Part shown: positions 23,901-37,275 of the stretch, in pieces
Layout: every line of letters begins with the position of its first letter
How positions within the stretch are numbered: position 1 is the stretch's first letter
From: Mustelus asterias
Lineage: Eukaryota
Length of the DNA: 64,000 nucleotides
NCBI RefSeq assembly: GCF_964213995.1
Contig: NC_135801.1
Coordinates: forward strand, 84,568,001 to 84,632,000
Direction of reading: 5' to 3'
Translations under genes and position numbers: made by a program
The notes under the pieces: generated by a model
What the model was told of the DNA's origin: nothing
Database searches by the model: none
Seen by the model: only the letters and a program-made list of their open reading frames with translations

Positions 23901-25266
23901 CTGCTAAAGTTTGGGTGAACACTGGAGGAGGTTAGAAAAATGAGGATGGATGAGACAGTGGGAGGATTTAAATACAGGGTGATTATTTTAAGTAGTTAAA
24001 GGGGAAATGGAGTCTTTAGTGTAAATAAGACTCCTTTTGTTAGCTTTCTTACAAAATGGGTAAGCAAGAAGGAATCAATGCTGGATCTAATAATGGGAAA
24101 AGAACCATTGCAAATGAGGAAAATATCTAGACAATAACAATCACAACAAAACAAGGTTTAAGCTCAACATTGGGAAGGACATCAGATAAGATAAAGACCA
24201 AAGTAATAGATTGGAAAAAAGCCGATCTTAAAAGAATAAGAATGGCACTCGGGAAATAAACCGGAAAATAATATTGACAGAATAAAAAAGGCAAAAATAT
24301 GATCATTAAAGGATGAACACAGTAAACCCACACGTAATGGCAGCATAGTCTCCTGGTAAATAACTAGGCTAACAAATGACATTCAAGGAAATCCAAAAAA
24401 ACTATTTAAGATAGAACTAGGAAAGACCAAACCTATAAAAAAATAAAATCCTGGGTCTGAGTGAATTGTGTATATTAAAAGAAGCTAGGAAAGAGATGAC
24501 CGGGGCACTATTACACGTATTTCAAAAAATGATTAGGAAAAAGTGCCTGGAGGATAGATAGGTGAACACATGGTATTCATTATTTAAGACAGGCTATAGA
24601 ACAAGTCCAGGAACGTATAGATCAGTTAGCTTAACACTGATGGTATATAATTGGAAAACAACGAGAAATTGAAATTAAAGAATAGTCAGTACCTGAACAA
24701 AATGCTGTTCAAACAAAAATGTTGTGCTTGATCAACCTTACTGAATTCTTGAAGTAAAAGTGAGAGTAGATGGGATAAAACAGTAGATGATCTTCAAAAG
24801 GCCTTCAGTAGAGTACCTCATAGTGAGCCTATTGCTAAGAAGTGGGACAGGCAGCACAAAGGATGGCCAGTTGGCTTAAAACAGTGGAGGCTAGAGGTAG
24901 TTCCTCAGCCTGACAAAGGTAGAAAGTGGTGTTCTGTAGAGATCAGTGCTAAAACCAATTTCCGCTGTTGACAAAGAATTTGGACTTGGAAATCAGAAAT
25001 CAAATTTCAAAATTTGGAATAACATCAAATTAAGAGGTATAGTCAACACTGACAAATTACAAGATGATAAACTTGCAGAATGGGAGTGTAATTAACAAAT
25101 TAATGTCAATATAGATCAGTGTGAGGTCATTGAGGTGGTGCATTTTGCCAGCAGGAATGTGGAAGTCATCTTTTTAGAAAATAAGTATAAATTGGTTAGA
25201 GGAGCAAAGAGAGCTAGGGGATATACATATAAACATCAATTTTGTAAGGCCATATAAATTGTAAAC

Positions 25267-28200
25267 TGTCGGCAGTACCAGGGTGCAGGGTGCTGCAGCA
25301 ACGGAGAAATCAAAGAGAAATGTAGTAGTAATTGGGGATAGTGTAGTTAAGGGCATAGACACTGTTCTCTGTGACCAGGATAAGGAATACCGTAGGTTGT
25401 GTTGCCTGCCTGGTGCTCGGGTCCAGGATGTATCATCTGGGCTGCAGAGGAATTTGGAGTGGGAGGGTGAAAATCCAGTTGTCGTGGTCCATGTCGTGCC
25501 AATGACATGGACAAAACAGGAACTAAGGATCTGCAGAGGGAGTACGAAGAGCGAGGGAACAAATTGAAAAGCAGAACCAACAAGGTGGTAATCTCTGGAT
25601 TACTACCTGAGCCACGTGCGAATTGGCGCAGGGTTAATAGGATTAAGGAGACGAATGCGTGGCTCAAGGATTGGTGTGGGAGGAATGGGTTCGAATTCAT
25701 GGGGCATTGGCACCAGTATTTGGGCAGATGGGACCTGTATAGATGGGATGGTCTCCGTTTGAACCGTGCTGGGACCAGAGTCCTAGCGAATCGTATCACT
25801 AGGGCTGTAGATTGGGCTTTAAACTAATTTATGGGGGGGGGAGGGTGCAGAGGTAAGAGGAATTACGAAATCAATGGTAGAGGAGAGGGAGCGAGTGCAA
25901 GTGAATGAGGGCATTCAAGTAGTTAAAGGAGTAGAGGGCAAGGGAGAGGTTGATAGCGTTTCATCAAATCGGGTCCAGATAAAAGCTGGAATAAAGACAC
26001 TTTGCCTGAATGCACGAAGCATTCGGAACAAAGTTAAGGAGTTGATGGTGCAAATCAGCACAAATGGGTATGATCTAGTGGCCATTACAGAAACGTGGCT
26101 GCAGGGAGACCAGGACTGGGAGATGAATATCCAGGGGTATCAGGCATTTAGGAAGAATAGACAGGAAGGAAAAGGTGGTGGGGTAGCTCTGTTAATAAAA
26201 GATATCAGGGTAGTAGTGAGGGATGACATAGGCTCTAAGGAACAAAACGTGGAATCGTTATGGGTAGAGATAAGGAATAGTAAGGGGAGAAAGACACTAA
26301 TAGGTGTGGTCTATAGGCCCCCAAATAATAACTTTGAGGTGGGGAGGGCTATAAACAAGCAAATAATAGATGCGTGCAAAAACGGAACGGCAATAATCAT
26401 GGGAGACTTCAACCTGCATATTGATTGGCTGACTCAAGTTGGAAGGGGTGGGATGGAGGAAGAGTTCTTAGAATGCTGTTGGGATAGTTACCTTGAACAG
26501 TATGTTACAGAACCGACGAGGGAACGGGTTATCTTAGATCTGGTAATGTGTAACGAGGTAGGTAGAATTAAGGATGTTCTTGTGAAGGACCCTCTTGGGT
26601 CAAGTGATCACAATATGGTCGAATTTCTGATACAAATGGAAGAGGAGAAAGTAGGGTCCCATACCAGTGTCCTCTGTTTGAACAGAGGGAAGTATAATAG
26701 GATGAGGGCTGAATTGGCTAAGGTGGACTGGGAGAGCAGACTGGTAGGTAGGACAGCTGAGGAACAGTGGAGGATTTTTAAGGAGATCCTTTTCAGTACT
26801 CAGCAACAATATATTCCGGTGATAAAGAAGGACTGTAAGAAAAGGGATAACCAGCTGTGGATAACGAAGGAAATTAAGGAGAGTATTAAATTAAAGACCG
26901 ATGCGTACAGAGTGGCCAAAAATAGTGGAGAATCGGAAGATTGGGAAAACTTTAAGAAACAACAAAGAACGACTAAGAAAGCGATAAAGAAAGGAAAGAT
27001 AGGTTATGAAGCTAGGCTAGCTCAAAATATAAAAAATGATAGTAAGGAATAGAGTGGCAAGAGTGAATGTTGGACCCTTGGAGGACGAGAGGGGGGATTT
27101 AATAGTGGGAAATAAGGAAATGGCTGAAACTTTAAATAAGTTTTTTGTGTCGGTCTTCATGGTGGAAGACACAGTTTACCGAATATTAACGATAGAGGGT
27201 TGGTAGGAGGAGAGGTACTCAATACAATTAATGTTACCAAGGAGGCAGTGCTTGGTAGACTAACGGGACTGAAGGTGGACAAGTCCCCGGGCCCGGATGG
27301 AATGCATCCCAGGGTACTGAAAGAAATGTCAGAGGTAATAGCGGATGCGTTAGTGGTTATTTATCAAAATTCACTGGACTCTGGGGGTAGTGCCGGCGGT
27401 TTGGAAAACGGCTAATGTTACGCCACTGTTTAAAAAAAGAAATAGACACAAGGCGGGTAACTACAGGCCGGTTAGCTTAATGTCTGTAGTTGGGAAAATG
27501 CTGGAATCCATCATTAAAGAAGAAATAGCAGGCCATCTGGATAAGAATGGTTCGATTAAGCAGACGCAGCATGGATTCACGAGGGGAAAGTCATGCTTGA
27601 CGAACTTGTTGGATTTTTATGAAGATGTGACTAGTGCGGTTGATGGAGGGGAACCGGTGGATGCGGTGTTTTTGGATTTCCAAAAGGCGTTTGATAAGGT
27701 GCCTCACAAAAGGTTGCTGAAGAAGATTGGGTCACACGGAGTTGGGGGTAGGGTGTTAGCGTGGATTGAGGATTGGCTATCCGACAGGAAGCAGAGAGTC
27801 AGAATAAATGGGTGCTTTTCTGGTTGGCAGATGGTAACTAGTGGCGTGCCGCAGGGATCGGTACTGGGGCCTCAACTATTTACCATTTATATAGACGATC
27901 TGGAGGAGGGGACTGAGTGTAGGGTAACAAAGTTTGCAGACGACACAAAGATAAGTGGAAAAGTGAATTGTGTGGAGGGCATAGAAGGTCTGCAGAGAGA
28001 TTTGGACAGGCTGAGTGAGTGGGCGAGGATCTGGCAGATGGAGTATAACATTGACAAATGCGAGGTTATTCACTTTGGAGGAAATAATAGCAAATTGGAT
28101 TATTATCTAAATGGAAAACAATTACAACATGCTACTGTGCAAAGGGACCTGGGGGTCCTTGTGCATGAGATGCAAAAACCCAGTCTGCAGGTGCAACAGG

Positions 28201-29275
28201 TGATCAAGAAGGCAAATGGGATGTTGGCCTATATCGCAAGGGGGATAGAATATAAAAGCAGAGATGTCTTGCTGCATCTGTACAGGGCATTGGTGAGGCC
28301 GCAGCTGGAATACTGTGTGCAGTATTGGTCCCCTTATTTGCGGAAGGATATATTGGCCTTGGAGGGAGTGCAGAGAAGGTTCACCAGGTTGATACCAGAG
28401 ATGAGGGGTGTTGATTATGAGGAGAGACTGAGCAGATTGGGTTTGTACTCGTTGGAATTAGAAGGCTGAGGGGGGATCTTATAGAGACCTATAAGATAAT
28501 GAAGGGGCTGGATAGGGTAGAGATGGAGAGATTCTTTCCACTTAGAAAGGAAGCTAGAACTAGAGGGCACAGCCTCAAAATAAAGGGGGGTCAGTTTAAA
28601 TCATAGAAACCCTACAGTGCAGAAGGAGGCCATTCGGCCCATTTAGGACAGAGGCTCTGTTTAGGACAGAGTTGAGGAGGAACTTCTTCTCTGAGGGTGG
28701 TGAATCTCTGGAATTCTCTGCCCATTGAAATGGTGGAGGCTACCTCGTTGAATATGTTTAAATCACGGATAGATGGATTCCTGATCGGTAAGGGAACTAG
28801 GGGTTATAGGGATCAGGCAGGTAAGTGGAACTCATAGAAATCATAGAAATCCTACAGTACAGAAAGAGGCCATTCGGCCCATCGAGTCTGCACCGACCAC
28901 AATCCCACCCAGGGCCTACCCCCATATCCCTACATATTTTACCCGTTAATCCCTCTAATCTACGCATCCCAGGACACTAAGGGGCAATTTTAGCATGGCC
29001 AATCAACCTAACCCGCACATCTTTGGACTGTGAGAGGAAACCGGAGCACCCGGAGAAAACCCACGCAGACACAAGGAGAATGTGCAAACTCCACACAGAC
29101 AGTGACCCAAGCCGGGAATTGAACCCAGGTCCCTGGAGCTGTGAAGCAGCAGTGCTAACCACTGTGCTACCGTGCCGCCCCTGATCCACTTCAGATCATC
29201 CATGATCTTATTGAATGGCGGGGCAGGCTCGAAGGGCTAGATGGCCTACTCCTGCTCCTATTTCTTATGTTCCTA
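25267..29275 (+). mobile_element. Young CR1 LINE, near full length (ORF1 SGNH esterase; ORF2 APE endonuclease and RT), disabled
   Basis: ORF1 has VVVIGDS...DGLRLN. ORF2 has NARSIRNK, ITETWL, GDFN, SDH, QGSVLGP and FADDTK. Frameshifts and a deletion near 27045. (tatgtt)-type tail. TSD tgtaaac at 25260-25266 and 29276-29282. Confidence 0.95.
28832..29180 (-). mobile_element. HE1-type V-SINE, full length, inserted in the CR1 3' end
   Basis: gggcggcacggtagcacagtggttagc head, V-domain and tail. Confidence 0.93.
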
Positions 29276-29699
29276 TGTAAACAAAACACGGACTCTTTTC
29301 TACCGGGATAGAATCTTAAAAACTGAAGTTATGTCGGACCGTGGCGGACTGTACATAGATCTTGACTCTTGTTTAAAAAAGAACATGCAGGTGGTAAAGA
29401 GGGCAAATGGTATGTTGGCCTTCACGGTGAGAGGATTTGAGTACAGGAGCAGGATGTCTTGCTCCAATTATACATGGCCTAGGTGAGACCACACCTGGAA
29501 TATTGTGTGCAGTTTTGGTCACCTTATCTGAGGAAGGATGTTCTTGCTTTAGAGGGAGTGTAGCGAAGGTTTACCAGATAGATTCCTGGGATTGGGGGAC
29601 TGATGTACGAGGAGAGATTGAGTGGATTAAGATTATGTTTCATTGGAGTTCAGAGAAATGAACACTATAATGATTTCCTTGGGTATGTATGCTGATCCT

Positions 29700-31000
29700 T
29701 TGACTATAATAGTCCTGCATTTTATTTGTTGGTGCTGTTCTATAGTGGCTGGATAGATCATCATCTACATTTGCATCTGTTTTAACTTCATCTATAACTG
29801 TTGGCACCTCCAGCATTCAGTAACACCCTTATCATGTCTGTTAATGTTTCCTAACTTCTTTAGAGGTTTTGGGATAAACTCTAGCTTTCCTTGGTGGTTT
29901 GTACTGAGCTCACTGAGCATGTAAAAGCTTTCCATTTCATTAATTCTATTTGGATAATTTATATTTTGGCGAGTACGTTGCTTGCTATCTTGCTGTGAAT
30001 ACTTGAGTTAAATCATACTGTCTTATTAGCCATCTTCTGTTTGCAAACATTTATGATCCTTCCCATTTCTCAAGCTGCCCTTTTACAGAGAATTGAGAGA
30101 TTTATTTTCTGTGCTACAATGAGTTGTCAGGTTTCTGCTTCTCTAATCACCTGTTTAACTTGTGTCTGTGTATTCCTATACTTATCTCAGTTGACTCTAT
30201 CTCCTTTGCAAATGCAGGATTTCTGGAGTTTTTTTCCTGCTTCATTTGTCTTTAATTTCTAAATTAATTTAGGATCTCACCTGTTTAGTCCACACTTGCT
30301 GATTATAATTGTTTCTTATGCAAGCTCAGCATCTTGACTTTAGTGATGCTCAGATCATCATCTACTCCAGTGTTGGACAAAACCCTTAAATAATTTGCCT
30401 AAACAGTTCTTTCATTATACTGTAGCTGACTCCTGGTCCTTGCTGTTTTTGAATCCCATGAAATGTAAGACTTGATCCATTATGTTGGCACTGCGCCTGT
30501 GGCTTTTCCCATATGTTGTCTGGGTCACTGAACAGTAACCAAATCAAGATCTGCTCATGGCTTCCCTGACACTAAATCCGAAATGCAAACTATTTGGGTA
30601 TACCCAATTTATATTTGGTTGGTTAAAATTGTTCATCAAAATAACTTTCCTGTTACCATGTATCCTTCTAAATTTCAATCTCTAAATCTAGATCATAAAG
30701 CAAATAGTTATCATTTCTGGATCTGTGGTGTGAACTAAATGTTTTGTCTTTTTTGCATTAAACATACTTCTTAGTTAATTTTGTAATTCTTAACATCCCA
30801 CAGCATCCATCATCATTAATCTACTAGTTGTCTCTGCATAGATACACCATCTTCCTTCCTATTTTCTGATCCCACTATATAAATGTATGCTATGTTCATT
30901 GCCATCAGGCATGTTTCTGGCATTGCTGCTACATCATAGTTCCCCACAGTGCCCAATTTTAACATTTTATTCCTAATGCTTTGTGTTTCTGTGTATACAC
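29700..31000 (-). mobile_element. Ancient CR1-type endonuclease relic
   Basis: Minus ORF 30816-31097 contains YTETQSIRNK...YDVAAMPETCL, a decayed NARSIRNK/ITETWL. Bounds approximate. Confidence 0.5.
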
Positions 31001-31435
31001 CTGGTTCCAATGAGCCTCCCTGTTCTGCGTCTGGTTCCGGTATGCCTGAGTTAAAGACTAAAATTTCAGCAGCAGATTGCCAGCGAGTTATTTCCATCCT
31101 CAGTTTTCTTGGTGAACTCCCCTTCTTTCACAAACAAGTATATTAGAGAGTATCATTTTGCATCCATTATCTCTGAGGTAGTTCTTACATGTATGACTTC
31201 CAGGACTTCTATATTCTTTCCATGTTGTTTTATCCAATGGACTCCTAACACTGGGTCTTTGTATTCTCTTCTAACCTTTCATACATGCTACTCCAACTGC
31301 AGATAGGCAATGCTATTCTAAAGATATTATCAGTACAGTGCATTCCACTTTCCTGAAGAGCTCTGACTAATTTGCTTTTCGATCTGCAGATTTATACGAG
31401 GTATATTTTCTTTTTGCTACCTCCTAAAACTTTGG

Positions 31436-31825
31436 GGGCGATTCTCTGGCCCTGTGCATCCAGATGCAAATTGGGAGAGGGGCTATATTAAAATCTTAAT
31501 TTAGTTATGCAATTTCAGGTTTTAGCTGGCTCCCAGTATTCCCTGGTGCAACAAGAAGTTGGCAGAAATCACCACTGGTCTCCACAAGCAGACACCATGG
31601 GGTTTCGCACAATTTGGGAGGGGGTGAGTGGAACCTGTGGTGTTGTCCTTTAAACAAGGTGCTCCAATCTCTGAGGAGCTAGACTGTAGGTCCCACACAT
31701 CTCTTTGCCAGCGAGAGTCTCCTCAAGCTCAAAAGAAATGACTGAAGTGTATGGGTGGATTGTGATGTGTATCATACCATTCCTACCGGAGACAACATTA
31801 GAATTTTTTTGGGAGAATTGCGCCC
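31436..31825. mobile_element. MITE-like element with GGGC termini (PIF/Harbinger-like)
   Basis: Ends gggcgattctc and gagaattgcgccc form imperfect TIRs. A similar element lies at about 9390-9597 (gggccggcgttttccag / ctggaaaaacccaccc). Confidence 0.5.
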
Positions 31826-33450
31826 ATTTTTCCATTAGCATTTATGATGTTGCCTGGTATCTGTATTTGGAATCTGAATATCTTGACAGGTTTCCTTGCC
31901 TTTCCTGCTACTTATGACATTCAGCTGTCTAATATCCAATTTCCTACGTTTTCTTGTGATTTGTTTCTCTTTCTTGGCACCCTAGTTGTAGTGGTAGTCT
32001 TTGGTTCTGATTCCTGATGCCTTACTTCTGAGGTCAACTTCCAGCTCAGCCATTCCAGCTGTTGCCACGCTGATGATCAAAAAATTGGTTGTTTTAAGGA
32101 TCCAATCTGCTTACAGCTGTATATTCGGATAGCTTTGTGCAATTTTTGAGAGGTTTGCAGTGCTCTCTGTCCTGAGTTTTCATGAAATTTGTATCTGTCC
32201 TCTTGTCGTGATTTTCCTCCAGGAACTAGTCCTGCTATTTCATTCCTCTGCTATGTTGGCAGTGGAATTCTTGTGCAACTTTGCATTAAGCAAAAAGTCG
32301 TTTGGAGAAATGATATTAAAGTTCTTTTTCATTTTTTCTCTCCTCTTGAAGTAATTGACTGGGATCCAAATGATCAGTTTTCAAGCACAGTCTAGATTCT
32401 GTCTGTTGGCAAGCTTTTTGATTCTAGATGGCATCATGTATGAAACCAGTTCAGTTTTGAATTCTTGTCGAGATTTGTCTAGAGAACTGCAGCGAGAAAC
32501 TGCCACCTCAGCAGAGACTGCGAATTGATTTGGGACATCTGTATTCTGTAAATATGTTTGTCTCCATTTACAGTTGTGCTGCAGGTTGACAGTCCTGTAG
32601 ATCTTCTTCCAGCATTGTTGGAAGTGATGTTTTTCAGTAAGTTGTTGAACCTGTGGTCCGGTGCTGCATATAAGCTTTGACAACTTGGCCTAGAAACCCA
32701 AGACAGTCAGTCATTTTTGCATTTAGAATTCTTGTGTTGCCTTGCCTTGGGTTTATTTTCTGGACCTGGTGATTTGCCAGCAACTTGAGGTGCAAATGAC
32801 TGGCTTCTGAGACTGTAGAGTATTGATCCATATGTTTCTAAGCTTTTAAGAAAGTGAATATTTCTTGAAAATTATTAACCATCAGAGATCTTTTTATTAA
32901 TCTACTCGGGTGAGATTGGTGAGTAAGTATTGTCATAGGTCTATTGAGGGGTATTGTCATAGTGAGCCTGTTAATTCATCACAGCACTAACAAAGGCCCG
33001 AAATCAATGAGAAGCTATGATCCATCAGCAACAGCAGAGCTGCATCCCACCACAACCTGTAATGAGGTTTTAGTTCTCAGATGTCAGCCCTGACTGAGCA
33101 CTCATGCCACTTGAGTTAGGGAATTGACAGCTGAACACACAATCTAGACTGACACTGAGAGAGCACTGGTGTGTTGGAGTTGGTGTCTTTTGGGTGAGAA
33201 GCTAAACCAGAGCTTCCGCTGGCTCTGCAAGTTACTATCGCCATCCAAGCAGGAAGTGTCCTGGCCAAAGCCCATTGCCACCGATGTAATTTGGATATAT
33301 TGTCTTCATGAATAGCCTGACACAAATGCAAGTTTGTAATTTCCTACCTCCCGCTGACTCTTATTGATGTCTTCCTGGTTGTTTTCTCCAGTTAGAAAAC
33401 ACAGAAGATAATACCATCCTGGGTACTTTTATAGGCCAAGAAGTCATTGC

Positions 33451-33700
33451 CATTTACCTAGCAGAGTGAAACTATCATCACCTGACTGGGGTGCACTTCT
33501 CGGCCTTTTGGTTAAGCCAAGCGTCAGATCAAGCCCCAGATCAGGTGCAATGCCATTTCTTGTCAGCTTGGATCTTATATGTCTCTCTTGTGGAGACCAT
33601 GAATTGGATTCAATTTGAATTGGCTTTTGGAGCAAACAAGGCGATGAATTAAGGGCTCATCCAATCTGCTTTGCGCAGTGGTTTTGTAATAAGATTGGAG
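33451..33700 (+). pseudogene. U1 5'-fragment plus diverged U2 snRNA-derived sequence
   Basis: Exact 16-mer cttctcggccttttgg matches U2 nt 5-20. Colinear U2-like blocks follow (ttcttgtcagctt, gtctc/gagac stem, ttttggagca, tggttttgtaata). The upstream ttacctagcag...atcatcac resembles U1 nt 5-33. Confidence 0.7.
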
Positions 33701-34929
33701 TTTTTTTTTAAATTAAAAATCTATTGCTCAGGGGAGATGTCACAGATGAGCCTGAACATCACCCTGTTTCCTCACGTGCAATAACACCAAGGTTAATTGT
33801 GGTGGCTCTTTTGCTGGCCCAGTTTGTTTATTAGCTAACTCATTACAGATATAGTCTATTTGTTGTGGCTGCTCACTGATTAGGCAGCAAAATGGGTGAT
33901 TGGATGGATGTTGCAGTGAGTTAGATGCAGGAGTTTTCAGCACTGGGCCCTAGGTTGCAATCAAGTGTTCAGTTCTGTAGCTTCTTTATGTTTATGATGT
34001 ATATCAATCTCTATATAATCCTAGAGGGCATGTGGAAATTTGCAGGTGATACCAATATAAAATTGTGTACACGCACAATTTTGGGGAGGTTAATTCTTTA
34101 GGAGACCAAAGGAAATTGCAAAAGGATCTTGATACCTTGAAGAAAATGGATTTAAAAAGCGACAGAATTTAATACCGATGTGAGGGGATGCATTCAACAG
34201 TAATTGTATTCTGAATAGAAGTTGGTTTGGTGTTATGGAAAAACAGCAACTTGCAATACAAGTTCACAGAGCACTGAAAGAAAATTATCAATCCTAAAGT
34301 GTTGCCTTTAGAGCGTCAATAGAACATTTAAAACTTCAGTAAAGTCTTATTAAAACTTAGTATTGTGTGCGAATTCACCTGACAGGAAGGATATTGAAGT
34401 TTTTAGAGGGGTTATCGTACAGATTCACTAGGATGCTGCCTGGTATGAGGAAACAAATATTAAAAGCTTGAAAAATTGTGGGAGGGGGACGTCTTCTTTC
34501 AACTGATAACAGATTATGGGATTATTAGAAGTATTTCCAATTGTACAGGAATAGGACAGGTTAAATCGAAGCAGGGTGGGTAAATAAAAGCAGACTGTTT
34601 CCAGTAGTTGAAGGACTATAGATATAGGATTAAATACAATAGGGTTTAGAACAAAGTACAGTTGAGGCAATTTGAACTCTTTGTACTTGTGGCAAGTGCT
34701 GATGCAAACAGATTGGGTTGAAAAGTTGGTTTCAGTGAGTTTCTATGTAGTAACTGTCACCCAGTCTTAACTATATTTAGTAAATAGTAATTTTTGTTTT
34801 CGCTGTTATACGTAATAGGTAAACAATAAGAAGCACACCATTTTTGTATTCTTCTGCATTCAACTGAACTGTTTTAGGAACATCTGCTTTTCAGATTATT
34901 TTAACCAAATACTTCTGTACTTTTAACAG

Positions 34930-35032
34930 TGTGAAATTAAAGTGGCACAACCCAAGGAGGTCTACAGGCAACAACAGCAACGAGGAGGCAGAGGTGGAGG
35001 TGGGTTTGGTGGAAGAGGTCGTGGTAGAGGGG
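34930..35032 (+). CDS. HNRNPDL: hnRNP D-like, exon 5 (RRM2 end, Q-rich and RGG segment)
   Basis: Translates CEIKVAQPKEVYRQQQQRGGRGGGGFGGRGRGRG. Boundaries cag| and G|GTAAGT. 103 nt. Confidence 0.96.
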
Positions 35033-36208
35033 GTAAGTTAATTTCCTGACGAGTGGGTTTTGAACATGAAATGGTTTCTTTACTGGAAAGTAAAGGAATG
35101 CATAGCTAGGTAATTATCGGTTTATCCGGTTAACCTTTTCCCACTTGTTCAATGGGGGATTCAGTCTGGTTCTGACTGTTGGGTGGGAAAGAGTTAAAAT
35201 GCATGGTTCTGAAGAATGAAATCACATTACTTTGTTGAATGACGCAGTTGTGAAGAGGTATTTACCGTATATCTGTTAATCTATATAGGATTTTGTTTGC
35301 AACTTTTTAGTTAGTGGAAGAGTATGCTAAGAGGTGTTGCCTGTACACTAAACCCATCCTGCAAGGCCTGTTTACAAGGAATGGGAGAAATAAAAGGCCA
35401 GCACATTGAGATTTCCATCTTCCCACCTTGGTGTAAAAAGAGTAGTGATACCTCAGGTAATTGTAATGCCTATTAACCTGACTGACAGCAATGATTCTCC
35501 CAGTTTTTCTGTACACGATATGAGGTTGTCTCTGCTCTTTACTTATCTACATTATACTCTTATGATTTGGGGTTTTGGGTTAGTTGGGGATGAAAAATAC
35601 TAAGTATAATTGTAGTTATCTTGAACCTGTATTGTATCCTAGTGGGGTTATTTTTGTGTAACATACAGTAAAATTACTTCAGGAGTAATGTATTGTAAAG
35701 CTCATTTTCAGAAAACTTCATTCTTTTAATAATTAGTCAAACAAGCATTTTCCACAACTGTCAAATTATAATTAAACTTTTATCGGTCACTCTGCAATTT
35801 TCAAATACATATACAGAAAGTATTACTGGAATTTAATTTTTTTTCTCATCTAGATATTTGTAGCTTATCCTTTGTATTTTCCTTAAATCTCAGCTCAGTA
35901 TATAGTTAAGTAAATATTTGTGAGGCCCTTGTTCTGCTTTGGGGAATATCCTTTCATATCCAAACATTTTAGGATTGATAAATGACACATTACATGCACA
36001 CAATTTCTCTTGTGCAGACTTTCCATTTCTTCATATATGGAAGGTTCCTACAAATTTTCTGGGATTTCGCATAGGATACATTGAGTACTGTGTTTGCAGG
36101 CTTCATCACGTGATGGTTTTAGGTCACAGGTTTCCTCTTGTAGACGTTCTGGGTTGTTCCGTGTCTTCGAACAAACTCCAAATTGTTTGTATTGCTATCT
36201 TTTCCTAG

Positions 36209-36376
36209 GACAAAATCAGAACTGGAACCAGGGATACAACAGCTACTGGAATCAAGGTTATAGTAGTTACAACAATGGCTATAGCAATCCAGGTTACAAT
36301 GGCTATGGAGGTTATGATTACTCTGGGTATAACTACAACAACTACGGATATGCTCCAGAATATGATACCTACAATA
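36209..36376 (+). CDS. HNRNPDL: hnRNP D-like, exon 6 (Tyr/Gly/Asn-rich low-complexity domain)
   Basis: Translates GQNQNWNQGYNSYWNQGY...YDYSGYNYNNYGYAPEYDTYN. Boundaries tag| and A|GTAAGT. 168 nt, so skipping would preserve frame. Confidence 0.95.
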
Positions 36377-37275
36377 GTAAGTTACAGCATTTGGCTAAAT
36401 GGCTGGTAACAGTTTTTGTGAAGTGGTAAGATTTTGGAGACATGTTAATAAACTGTTGAAAGGCCTCCAAAATTATATTTATTTTCTGAAAGTGTTTTAA
36501 CAAAGTAATTGAACATTTTGAACAACAAAACTTTTATGGGAGAGGTGTTAAAGCTTTGTAGCCCCTCTGATATCTCTTCTATTTCTTAGTGCTGTTGGTT
36601 AAGCACCATTTTAGCTTTGCTGTTTATTTAACTACCTGAAGTCTGCATGTTATTTCTGATGACGCCACATTGGTGTCCTTCAAGGTGCTTCATCTATAGA
36701 TAGATTGAATTGGCCAGAAAACTTTTGGACCTAAACTTCTGTAAAGGATTAAGGTAGTGGAACCAGCTTGTTTTATGTTTGGAAGCTTTTTGTTATTACC
36801 CATGATAAGTGGAGTGTTTAGCCAGCTTTTGTCCAGGTAACAGCATTTCCATCTTGGAGAGGAGGAAAAACTAACATTACTCATATCTCCTCGTAGCAAA
36901 TGTGCCTCCTGATGGTCAATCAAGGAGCGGCATTGATGGTCGTGGAGAAGTCTGCGGCCTGGACTGCCTCACCCTCTCTGCTGAAGGAGGCTGTTTAGAG
37001 GCAAGTGGCCAGGTGGGTAAAATTATAGGGGTGAAAGAAGAGAATAGGATACGCCGTAAATCAAAATGAGCTTTTACCCATTTTCTGCAACCTGCAGAAA
37101 ATCAAACTTTGGTACTGAAATTCATATTTCTGTCCAGGTATATTACTAAGTTAGGCCAAAGATGTTATAATGATTTAAATTAGTAAATGGGCCACTTTGT
37201 TATGTTTTGTAATTTTGTGTATATGTAGATATACAAATTGCATGTTAAACTTGTAAAATCCAATCGCTTTGACAG

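Larger units (their letters stand above)
24150..29660 (+). mobile_element. Older degraded CR1 RT relic interrupted by the young CR1
   Basis: Decayed RT motifs at 24400-25250 resume at about 29380-29660 (VVKRANGMLAF, HLEYCVQFWSP). Confidence 0.6.

Noticed and set aside
25874-28469. Intact active LINE or domesticated RT gene
   Set aside because: ORF1 and ORF2 carry frameshifts and a deletion, there are nested SINE inserts, and the 5' end is missing.
33451-33700. Functional U2 snRNA gene
   Set aside because: The branch-point recognition sequence and Sm site are mutated, there are internal insertions, and no PSE was recognised.
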